DNA of 64,000 bases, taken from an uncultured Candidatus Actinomarinales bacterium. Its GTDB lineage: Bacteria > Actinomycetota > Acidimicrobiia > Actinomarinales > Actinomarinaceae. Position numbers and translations under genes: made by a program. How positions within the stretch are numbered: the first letter of the stretch is position 1; every line of letters starts with the position of its first letter. The notes beneath the pieces are model-generated. The model was not told the DNA's origin and ran no database searches. It was given only the letters and a program-made list of their open reading frames with translations. This document shows, in pieces, positions 1-8,440 of the stretch. The DNA lies in the NCBI GenBank assembly GCA_943789065.1, contig CALSSQ010000001.1:188619-252618 (forward strand), written 5' to 3'.

Positions 1-1626
1 GCTGGCTGGGTCACTGCTGTAGAAAATCAATCAGTAGATATTGATTCATCTCAAACATATACGTTGGAAGATCTTATAGTTGGTGACACAATTGCATGGA
101 GATATTATGCACTCAACTCTTCTTTAGCAATTCCAGCTAATGGTGTTGACCCAGTTTCTGATTCAGATTATACAACAGTTTCAAGTCCTCCTACTCCTGG
201 AGATGGCTGTAATACAGCAGCGTCACTAGCCTCTACTACTTTAGGTACATGTTCAGGTGCTTCTGTTGACTCAACTCTTTCTATAGATGTAAATACATAC
301 ACTGATAATTTTGAAAACGAAGACAATATTTCTACAACACCACTTAAATATTACGTACAGTATCGAATAGATGATGGAAGTTGGACCGACCACACTGCAG
401 AAAGTGCCGCATTTGGATCTGGGTCCGGTAGAGATTTAGTGAACGCAACGGCAACATTTACCCAAGCAGTACCAGATGGAAGCACAATAGATTGGAGATA
501 TCAAGCTAAATATGATGGTGGTAGCTTTGCTGCTATAGCTGATGCACCTGTAATTTCAGCAAATGATGGTGAGGCAGTAGAGTGTCCATACATCAATCCA
601 ACTGCTTCCAGTGCAATTGGCTCGTGTTTGCAGACTGTAAGTGGGACTAATGATGGTCCAGCAACTTCAACGTTTACAATGCAAAACGCAGCAGCAACAA
701 GAAACGCGTACTTCTTCGTTGAATACAAAATCAATGATGGTGATTGGATCGAAAAAGACACTAATACACAAGTTGCAGCTGATGCAACGGAGACCTTAAC
801 GGTCGATGTTCCACATGGCTCGACTATTACTTGGCGGTATAAATCATCTATTACACCAAGGGACTTCTCAACAGGGTCGTATACAACATTAGATGAAAGT
901 GCAGCTGTCAATTGTCCTGTACTTGTAGTTACAGCAACACTAACACCAACTGCGTCTTGCCAAGATGGTGTATTTACATCATTTATTACTATTCAAAATC
1001 TAGACTCATCAAATATTTCTGGATTCATACAAGCTTATTATTCATTTGATAACTCTACATGGACAGCCGCTACATTTTCTGGAGCTGACGTAACAGACTT
1101 AGAGATTCAAGACAATACAGCGAAAACACTAGATGGAGTTGTCGTGCCTGGAGGTTCAACAATTTACTGGAGATATGAAGAAAGGTTGCCAAGTGGTTCT
1201 TTTACTAATACCTATGTAACAACAGGTCCAAACTCCACTGCATTATCAATCGCAGCAGACTGTCCATTACTTGAGCCAACAGCATCAGTTGCATTAGGGG
1301 CATGTAGCGGTAGTTCAAAAGCATCAACGCTGACAATAGATAACTCTCTATCAAATATTTCAGGATTTTTTAAAGTGGAGTACCGTTTTGACGAAAATGG
1401 ATGGGGTGAAGCAGCAACAAATGACGAAATAGCTGCTGGAGCATCTGCAACGTTCTCGGCAAGTGTACCAACGGGTAGTTCCATTACTTGGAGATATCAA
1501 ATTTCAGATACAAGCAATACGTTTACAGAGGATTATATCGTTACTGCATCAAGTGATGAAGTGTCTTGTTATACAACTGGTAATGCCTTTGCTACTTCAG
1601 TTGCGTACTGGCTGTGGATATCCTGA
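1..1626 (+). CDS. Cys-bounded repeat surface protein, cassette 1 (5' end outside window; N-terminal part of a frameshifted gene continuing to 2590)
   Basis: Frame 1 is open from base 1 (AGWVTAVENQSVDIDS...). Four complete ~100-aa repeats with motif C..C..STxT..N..YFxVxYxxxxGxW..VPxGSTIxWRY..VxC, the same repeat as in 4573-8436 and 16725-27968. Confidence 0.85.
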   Translation, partial: AGWVTAVENQSVDIDSSQTYTLEDLIVGDTIAWRYYALNSSLAIPANGVDPVSDSDYTTVSSPPTPGDGCNTAASLASTTLGTCSGASVDSTLSIDVNTYTDNFENEDNISTTPLKYYVQYRIDDGSWTDHTAESAAFGSGSGRDLVNATATFTQAVPDGSTIDWRYQAKYDGGSFAAIADAPVISANDGEAVECPYINPTASSAIGSCLQTVSGTNDGPATSTFTMQNAAATRNAYFFVEYKINDGDWIEKDTNTQVAADATETLTVDVPHGSTITWRYKSSITPRDFSTGSYTTLDESAAVNCPVLVVTATLTPTASCQDGVFTSFITIQNLDSSNISGFIQAYYSFDNSTWTAATFSGADVTDLEIQDNTAKTLDGVVVPGGSTIYWRYEERLPSGSFTNTYVTTGPNSTALSIAADCPLLEPTASVALGACSGSSKASTLTIDNSLSNISGFFKVEYRFDENGWGEAATNDEIAAGASATFSASVPTGSSITWRYQISDTSNTFTEDYIVTASSDEVSCYTTGNAFATSVAYWLWIS

Positions 1627-2590
1627 GGCAATAGCAAACTTCAGTGCTTCAGTACCATCTGATGTTCAATCAGCTGCATTTTTTGACGTTCTCTACAGGA
1701 CAGATATGACAGGGCCATTTACTCCTTTAGGAACCACAGTCGTTGCTCCAGGTGAGACGGTAGCTATTGGCAATATAAGTGTACCGTATGGTTCTTCAAT
1801 TCAATGGATGTATAAAGTTACAGCTGAAGAGGGTGCTGATGGAACATATTTTAGTACGGACGTGCTTACTCCTGAATATGAGTCATATGATCCATGTAAA
1901 CCTGATCCACCAGTTACAACGACCACCACCACAACAACAATTCCAGTTGTTGAGCCTATATTTAAACCTATTATCACAAATGTGAGAGTTTGTAATGATG
2001 ATGGAACAGCCTCATATGGGTTGACTGTTGATAACACCAACTCAAATGTCTCGTTAAGTATTACAACTTTAATGAAGATTGAAAATGTAACCGTTGTAAA
2101 CACGAATTATCAAGTTGCATCAGGTGAAAGTAAATTTATCACTACTGTAGCTTCTGTTCCAGAGGGCTCATATTATAGGATTAAATTCTTTGTTTCTGAT
2201 GGGGCTGGGGGAGGAACTTCAGTAGGTGTTTTCAAGAAATTAACAGATTGTTATGAAGACACAAGTGATTCAACAACCACAACAACCAGTCCACCAATAA
2301 CAACTCCAGAATCGGAGGAGTCACAACAGGTATGTGATACAGGATTTGATGGAAGTTGTGATACGCCTTTAACGGAGGATGATGGAAATGACTTCTTCGA
2401 ATGGGATGATTACGATGAAGATGTGTACTTAACTGATGGTAATTATGTTGTTCAGTATGTTTATACGGAAGATGAACTCCCCATTGCTGCAACAGGTATT
2501 TTTCTAGAACTGTACGTATTCTTTTTTGTAATATTTTCTTCAGCAGGTATTGTCCTCATAAACTGGTTACCTCGTAGAAGAAGAGGCTAA
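1463..2590 (+). CDS. C-terminal part of cassette 1 surface protein: last repeat, Thr-rich linker, basal Cys domain, IAATG sorting signal, TM and RRRR tail (+1 frameshift near 1606-1617)
   Basis: Frame 2 becomes repeat-like from about 1607 (TGCGYPEA...VPYGSSIQWMY...YDPC). IAATG at 2483-2497 is followed by a hydrophobic helix and PRRRRG. The ORF-track N-terminus (1463-1606) is out-of-frame junk. Confidence 0.8.
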   Translation: MYQRVVPLLGDIKFQIQAIRLQRIISLLHQVMKCLVIQLVMPLLLQLRTGCGYPEAIANFSASVPSDVQSAAFFDVLYRTDMTGPFTPLGTTVVAPGETVAIGNISVPYGSSIQWMYKVTAEEGADGTYFSTDVLTPEYESYDPCKPDPPVTTTTTTTTIPVVEPIFKPIITNVRVCNDDGTASYGLTVDNTNSNVSLSITTLMKIENVTVVNTNYQVASGESKFITTVASVPEGSYYRIKFFVSDGAGGGTSVGVFKKLTDCYEDTSDSTTTTTSPPITTPESEESQQVCDTGFDGSCDTPLTEDDGNDFFEWDDYDEDVYLTDGNYVVQYVYTEDELPIAATGIFLELYVFFFVIFSSAGIVLINWLPRRRRG

Positions 2591-2596
2591 CAAAGT

Positions 2597-3811
2597 TTGA
2601 TAGGTCAAGAGTTCACCAATGAACTACTAACCCTTATATGGGTAGTGCTCTCGGTAAGTGGTGTCATACTTTTTGATGCTAAAAAGAAAAACACCTACAG
2701 TAATAAATTAAATAGCCTTGATAGCGTTTATACCAATGCAATAGAGTTAAAACACCAATTAGAAAGTACTTTTAATGAAGAAGTACAAATAATCATCGAT
2801 TTTAAGAGATTGGAGCCATATGGATTTAATTTTGGAGCACTTGGTACAAAACGAGAGAATACCGAAATCACTAATAGCAAACTTATAGAGGGTTATGACA
2901 CATTAAGAGATACTTTTTTGAACTCCTACGATATCTCAAACACTCAACTTAAGTCTAAATTTGCTTCATATATTCATAAACAGACGAATGGATTAATCAC
3001 AATAAACTTCATAGGAGTTCCTGCAGTAGGTATGGAGAGCAGAAATGATTATTTAGAAGCTCCAAAAATAATGAGATTATCAGTCAACCGTGGGTTGACT
3101 TTCGCTATGGGAACAGCACTTATCTCTCTTGGATTATTTACAGCAGGATCTTTAATCCAACAAGTATATTTCTCTGACGCAACTCAAGTTGAGACACAAC
3201 AACAGTTACGTAATCTTTTTATGATGAATGATGAAAATTCAGAGGAGTTGCGAGAATCAGAGAATATCCTTTCACAAAAAGTTAATACAGAACCAGGAAC
3301 ATATGAATCTCCAGTGTTAGGTGATGATTCTACGGAACTCTCTAATAGCGGTCTAAATGAACTCTTCAATAATATATTTAGTGAAGACGCAACTGAGAAT
3401 ATACCAGATGTTTTTGGCATGTTAGAGATTCCACAAATAAATCTTGAGCAGTATGTAGTAACAGGAACCAGTACAGAAGCATTGACTTACGGTCCTGGTT
3501 ACTATACAAAAACCTCTACACCTGGAAATCGTGGAAACGTGGGAATAGCTGGCCATAGAACTACTTATGGAGCACCTTTTTCAGATTTAGATAAATTACA
3601 AACTGGAGATGAAATTATGCTTACGGTTGGTGCTGACAAGTATAAATATATTATTGATGAGATTCTTATTGTAGATCCAGATGAAGGTGAGCGTTATCTT
3701 TACAATAGGGGAGATGAGAGAATTACTCTAACTACATGTCATCCAAAGTTTTCAGATAAGCTCCGATTAATTGTGACAGGATCCTTGGAAAAAAAAGAAC
3801 AAGTTAATTAA
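2597..3811 (+). CDS. Sortase (class E-like) with two TM helices and a cytoplasmic insert
   Basis: GNVGIAGHRTTYGAPF (His 3554-3556) and ITLTTCHPKFSDKLRLIV (Cys 3737-3739, downstream Arg). TTG start 6 nt after the substrate stop. Confidence 0.92.
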   Translation: MIGQEFTNELLTLIWVVLSVSGVILFDAKKKNTYSNKLNSLDSVYTNAIELKHQLESTFNEEVQIIIDFKRLEPYGFNFGALGTKRENTEITNSKLIEGYDTLRDTFLNSYDISNTQLKSKFASYIHKQTNGLITINFIGVPAVGMESRNDYLEAPKIMRLSVNRGLTFAMGTALISLGLFTAGSLIQQVYFSDATQVETQQQLRNLFMMNDENSEELRESENILSQKVNTEPGTYESPVLGDDSTELSNSGLNELFNNIFSEDATENIPDVFGMLEIPQINLEQYVVTGTSTEALTYGPGYYTKTSTPGNRGNVGIAGHRTTYGAPFSDLDKLQTGDEIMLTVGADKYKYIIDEILIVDPDEGERYLYNRGDERITLTTCHPKFSDKLRLIVTGSLEKKEQVN

Positions 3812-3831
3812 ATCATTTTATAATAGAAAAT

Positions 3832-4470
3832 GTGAGTGAAGAGATAATCTTAGACGGCAGAGTGTTATCAGCACAAACTAAATATTTAATTGTGCATGAC
3901 AAACTAATTGATGCGGCTATAAAACTGTTGAATAAAAATTCTGTTGATGTAAATACGCTTAATGTCACTGATGTATGTAAACAAGCTGAAGTTGCTGTGT
4001 CTTCAGGTTATAACCATTTTCCAAATGGGTTTGTTGATGTTTATCACGGAATTTTTAAACTTACATTGCAAAATGTTGAAGAATCATTAAGGGATGTGAC
4101 TGTTCAATCTAAAAGCTTAGAATACAAAGTTAACTACTATCTACTAGCTATCGCAAAAAGTGTTGTTGAAATAGGTGAGGCAGCAAGATTAACACTATTC
4201 CACTACAGAGAGATGGCTAGTTTAGAGGGCTTCATTTTTGGTGAACCCAAATTGCTACTTGGGGAAATGATAAAAGGTTATTGTCGAGAACATGGTGTTC
4301 CTAAATACAAAGCATTAACTGAGGATACCTGGATCAGTTTCAATGGATTACTCTATATTTGGATGCGTTTTGATGAAAACTCTGAACTTTTCTCAAAATA
4401 TGACGATGAATGGTTCCTAAAAAGCATTAAAAACCTTTTTAAAAAGCAGCTATCAAGTCATATAAGCTAG
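3832..4470 (+). CDS. TetR/AcrR-family transcriptional regulator
   Basis: N-terminal HTH (VTDVCKQAEVAVSSGYNHFP), 212 aa; paralogue of 10439-11077 and 16012-16626. Confidence 0.8.
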   Translation: MSEEIILDGRVLSAQTKYLIVHDKLIDAAIKLLNKNSVDVNTLNVTDVCKQAEVAVSSGYNHFPNGFVDVYHGIFKLTLQNVEESLRDVTVQSKSLEYKVNYYLLAIAKSVVEIGEAARLTLFHYREMASLEGFIFGEPKLLLGEMIKGYCREHGVPKYKALTEDTWISFNGLLYIWMRFDENSELFSKYDDEWFLKSIKNLFKKQLSSHIS

Positions 4471-4510
4471 AACTCAAATATATACAATGCAGCCGTAATT
4501 TATTGAATAT

Positions 4511-4545
4511 ATACAATAAATTATTGTATTAGAACAGATTCTAAT
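4511..4545. promoter_or_regulatory. Two adjacent perfect palindromes, candidate TetR operator(s)
   Basis: ATACAATAA-A-TTATTGTAT (4511-4529) and ATTAGAA-CAGA-TTCTAAT (4528-4545), in the gap between TetR and the surface-protein gene. Confidence 0.5.
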
Positions 4546-4572
4546 CTAAACTAAAAGTAATTAAATAAAATT

Positions 4573-7500
4573 ATGATATATCAAATTATTGGTTCAATTT
4601 TCTTCGTTCCTAAGTTCTTTAGGGGAATATTTAGCGTGTACACATTAAAAAAATTACTGTCTGTAACACTATCTTTTTTAATGCTTGTATCCATTTCCTA
4701 TACATTTATTGAGACAGTAGACCCAGAACCTGCTTATGCTTCATCACAATTTGCCTGTTTTGATAATAATGGAAGACCAATTGGGTATAGAATCACTGCA
4801 AGTGACAATGATAATCGTTTGACTATTCAACAATTTCGCCACGATGGCTCTCAGTACACTTACTCATCAAGTAATAACTACTATACAAATTTCCAAAGCT
4901 CTGTCTGGGGTTCTACCAAGGTTACTGCTGCCATGATGGACACTAAAGGAAACTTATGGGCTGTAGCAAGAAACGGTGGTCCAGATCTTGTATATATCGA
5001 TAAAAATACTGGTAACGGTACTGTCGTTATGTATAACTTAGCAAACTCTGGGGCCTGGGATGGTGCGGGATATTTCGAACATAATGGTTATGAATTTCTA
5101 GGGTTTGGTAAAGGCATGATGGGAAGTGGTCAATTAATCGAAATTACTGGGTCTAATTTGACTAGTTCCAGCTCATATGACGAATGGAATTTTTCAAGCA
5201 ATCAAATCAGCATGGTTTCAGCTCTTAAAGATACTGAAGATTTTGCGTGGATAGAGGACCCAAGTGGACTTCCTACTTATAGTGGTGTTTCACCAAAAAT
5301 TATTGGATACAACAACGATCGACAACAGGTTGTATTAGGTTACGTTACATCATTTAATGCTTCTACTCAGTCTATGACTATGACCTTCACAGATACCTCT
5401 GTTTCAAAACCAAGTGATTGGACGACTAATAATGCATCACAAGTAATGGGCTTTGGAGGTTCTGAAATATATATATTACATAACAATAATGGTGAAGTTC
5501 GAAAGCTAAGTTATTCTTCTGGTTCTTGGAGTTGGTCAGCTCAACTGGGTGCAGACATGGGAAGCACATCAAATGTTGATGCAGCAGCATGTCATGGAGG
5601 ATCACCGACAACTACTTTTAATCCTACTGTTACTGCTACTCAAGGTTCATGTGATGGAACAAACAGAGAAATTGACATAACCTTAAATAACACAAGTTCA
5701 AATAAGGCCGTCACTTTTTATACTTCATACACTATTAATGGTGGAAGTTCAACAAACTTATCAACACAACAAGTAAACTCAGCTAGTACAAACACCTCAC
5801 TTACAATACCTGGACAAACAAATGGAGCTAATGTTGTAATTTCGTGGTATGCAGAATACACAACTGAAAATCTTCGAGAACCTACAAGTAGCACAACATC
5901 ACTCTCGACTATTACAATAGATGCCTCTTCTTGTTCCTCTACACCTACATCTAAGAGTTCCTCATCATCAATTAGCGCAGCTTTTGGATCATGTTCCTCT
6001 GGTAGTGCAACATCAACTCTTACAATTACAAATTCTGCCTCGTCGACTGTGTACTATTATGTTGATTATTCTATTAACGGTGGAACCTATGTAAATGCTT
6101 CTACAAACTTATCAGTTTCAGCAGGTGCAACTAATACAAGTTTGAGTACTTCAGTTAGTCATGGTCAAAATATTACTTGGAGATTTAAAGCCTCTGATAT
6201 AAATAACGATTTCACTGGATTAAATTATTCAACACTTACAACAAGCAGTAATCTTGACTGTCCCGTAATTGATACAACTGGAGCTTCCTCTTTTGGATCT
6301 TGTGCTGCAGGTTCTAAAACATCTACTTTCACAATGTCTAACTCTAGTTCTGCAAATACTGCTGCTTTCTTTAGAGTCCAATATTCTATTAATGGTGGTA
6401 GTTTCCAAAATGCAGTAACAAACCAAAGTGTTGGTATAAACTCCTCAGAGACTACATCAGTTTCTGTACCTCACGGCTCTACTATTCAGTGGCAGTATGA
6501 AATCTCCAATACTTCTAATACTTTCACTGGCACATATACACAGGAATCTACCTCTTCTGCCGTTGACTGTCCAACAATAGATATTTCTGCATCACAATCT
6601 CTTGGCAGTTGTTCAGCTGGTTCATCAACTTCAACTTTAACTCTAAGCAACTCTAATTCTGCCAATTCTACAGCTTATTTTTATGTTGAGTATTCAATTG
6701 ATGGAGGTTCAAACTGGAATGAGAAAGCATCAAATCAATCTGTAGTACAAAATGGTTCTGAATCATTAACACAATCTGTTGCACATGGAACTGCAATAAC
6801 ATGGCGATATAAGTCATCCTATACATCTGGTTCATTTACAGGAGATTTCACAACACTATCAGAAAGCGCTACTGTTGACTGTCCAGTTTTAGACACTTCT
6901 GTATCTTCTTCACTTGGTAGTTGTGGTTCAGGAATTGCTTTATCAACATTTATAATTAATAATTCAAGTTCAGCGAATACAACTGCATATTTTCAAGTCG
7001 AGTATAAATTGAGTTCTGAATCTTCATATACAAGCGTAGCCTCTAATCAAGCAGTTTCTCCAGATGGTACGACATCCTTCAATAAGGCAGTGCCACATGG
7101 AGAAAATATTACATGGCAATATAGAACTTCATCAACTAGTAATTCTTTTTCTGGTAGCTATAGTTTTGGTGGAACTAGTGCGATAGTTGATTGTCCCGTG
7201 TTAGCAACTTCTGTTTCTTCCTCTTTTGGATCTTGTTCTGCTGGATCTAAAACTTCAACCTTTACAATGTCTAACTCCAGTTCTGCAAACGTTGCAGCAT
7301 ACTTTAGAGTCCAATATTCTATTGATGGTGGAGATTTTGTAACATCTACATTAAACAATCAAGTAGCAATTGATTCCAGCAGTACAGTATCAGCAACAGT
7401 ACCTCACGGCTCTACTATTCAGTGGCAGTATGAAATCTCCAATACTTCTAATACTTTCACTGGCACATATACACAGGAATCTACCTCTTCTGCCGTTGAC

Positions 7501-8436
7501 TGTCCTGTAATTGATACAACTGGAGCTTCCTCTTTTGGATCTTGTGCTGCAGGTTCTAAAACATCTACTTTCACAATGTCTAACTCTAGTTCTGCAAATA
7601 CTGCTGCTTTCTTTAGAGTCCAATATTCTATTAATGGTGGTAGTTTCCAAAATGCAGTAACAAACCAAAGTGTTGGTATAAACTCCTCAGAGACTACATC
7701 AGTTTCTGTACCTCACGGCTCTACTATTCAGTGGCAGTATGAAATCTCCAATACTTCTAATACTTTCACTGGCACATATACACAGGAATCTACCTCTTCT
7801 GCCGTTGACTGTCCAATTTATGCTGTTGTTGCCTCGCATTCAGTTACAAACTGTACCAATAATGGTGATAGCCAAGGTGGAACCGAGGGAAGAATTGTTC
7901 TAAGCATTGATAACAGTGGAAGCAATGCTGATATAACACTTTTAATTCAAAAGAGAAGTACGAATGCTGTTAGTGGAAATGTAGGAGATTGGGATTATTT
8001 TAACACAGACATTACAGGAGGATCCTCAGGGACTTCTATTTCAGCAGGAGTTGCTGAAACAACTTTCAGACTTGATGACATTGCAACAGGTACGGGTATA
8101 GAGCATAGATATTCCATTGATGGCGGAAGTACATGGACAGAAGTAGGCTCAAAACTTACCGTCTCCTGTGTTAGCGTAACTACTAGTCTTGGTAGTTGTT
8201 CTTCTGAACTTACCCAAACCCCTACAATCACATTGAACTCTGGCGCGGATGCCACTTCAAATGTATTTTTTAGAGTTGAGTATTCAATTGATGGAGGAAG
8301 TACATGGACAGAATCGGAAAATGATTTAGAGGTTGCTATTGATTCATCTCAAACTTTAACTGGGCCGGCACTTGCCGATGGTGAATCTATAGACTGGAGA
8401 TACAGTTCAAGAAAAGCTTCTGGTTCGCACAGATAG
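4573..8436 (+). CDS. Cys-bounded repeat surface protein, cassette 2 (N-terminal part; probable start GTG at 4636; +1 frameshift near 8428 joins it to 8441-10435)
   Basis: Signal peptide ending PAYA|S, a ~280-aa Cys-flanked tip domain, then nine ~100-aa repeats (ninth split by the frameshift). AGGGGA at 4621-4626 precedes GTG 4636. Confidence 0.85.
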   Translation: MIYQIIGSIFFVPKFFRGIFSVYTLKKLLSVTLSFLMLVSISYTFIETVDPEPAYASSQFACFDNNGRPIGYRITASDNDNRLTIQQFRHDGSQYTYSSSNNYYTNFQSSVWGSTKVTAAMMDTKGNLWAVARNGGPDLVYIDKNTGNGTVVMYNLANSGAWDGAGYFEHNGYEFLGFGKGMMGSGQLIEITGSNLTSSSSYDEWNFSSNQISMVSALKDTEDFAWIEDPSGLPTYSGVSPKIIGYNNDRQQVVLGYVTSFNASTQSMTMTFTDTSVSKPSDWTTNNASQVMGFGGSEIYILHNNNGEVRKLSYSSGSWSWSAQLGADMGSTSNVDAAACHGGSPTTTFNPTVTATQGSCDGTNREIDITLNNTSSNKAVTFYTSYTINGGSSTNLSTQQVNSASTNTSLTIPGQTNGANVVISWYAEYTTENLREPTSSTTSLSTITIDASSCSSTPTSKSSSSSISAAFGSCSSGSATSTLTITNSASSTVYYYVDYSINGGTYVNASTNLSVSAGATNTSLSTSVSHGQNITWRFKASDINNDFTGLNYSTLTTSSNLDCPVIDTTGASSFGSCAAGSKTSTFTMSNSSSANTAAFFRVQYSINGGSFQNAVTNQSVGINSSETTSVSVPHGSTIQWQYEISNTSNTFTGTYTQESTSSAVDCPTIDISASQSLGSCSAGSSTSTLTLSNSNSANSTAYFYVEYSIDGGSNWNEKASNQSVVQNGSESLTQSVAHGTAITWRYKSSYTSGSFTGDFTTLSESATVDCPVLDTSVSSSLGSCGSGIALSTFIINNSSSANTTAYFQVEYKLSSESSYTSVASNQAVSPDGTTSFNKAVPHGENITWQYRTSSTSNSFSGSYSFGGTSAIVDCPVLATSVSSSFGSCSAGSKTSTFTMSNSSSANVAAYFRVQYSIDGGDFVTSTLNNQVAIDSSSTVSATVPHGSTIQWQYEISNTSNTFTGTYTQESTSSAVDCPVIDTTGASSFGSCAAGSKTSTFTMSNSSSANTAAFFRVQYSINGGSFQNAVTNQSVGINSSETTSVSVPHGSTIQWQYEISNTSNTFTGTYTQESTSSAVDCPIYAVVASHSVTNCTNNGDSQGGTEGRIVLSIDNSGSNADITLLIQKRSTNAVSGNVGDWDYFNTDITGGSSGTSISAGVAETTFRLDDIATGTGIEHRYSIDGGSTWTEVGSKLTVSCVSVTTSLGSCSSELTQTPTITLNSGADATSNVFFRVEYSIDGGSTWTESENDLEVAIDSSQTLTGPALADGESIDWRYSSRKASGSHR
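6265..6574 (+). repeat. 310-bp exact intragenic duplication, copy 1 (copy 2 at 7507-7816)
   Basis: Base-by-base identical to 7507-7816; offset 1242 nt = 414 codons; one full repeat domain. Confidence 0.95.
7399..7505 (+). repeat. Third exact copy of the 3' 107 bp of the duplicated repeat
   Basis: gtacctcacggctct...gccgttgactgtcc is identical to 6466-6572 and to the matching part of 7507-7816. Confidence 0.9.
7507..7816 (+). repeat. 310-bp exact intragenic duplication, copy 2
   Basis: Identical to 6265-6574. Confidence 0.95.
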
Positions 8437-8440
8437 CAGT

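Noticed and set aside
4530-4543. GAA-N4-TTC palindromes as LexA (SOS) boxes, tempting given the RecA-like domain
   Set aside because: The Gram-positive LexA box is GAAC-N4-GTTC; these lack the C and G and have different spacing.
6229-7668. Two near-identical minus-strand ORFs (6229-6426 and 7390-7668) as a duplicated small gene
   Set aside because: They are the reverse complement of the 310-bp duplication inside the adhesin.
1600-8440. Homopolymer phase variation or a classical slippery heptamer at the frameshifts
   Set aside because: No mononucleotide run or X_XXY_YYZ pattern at either site.
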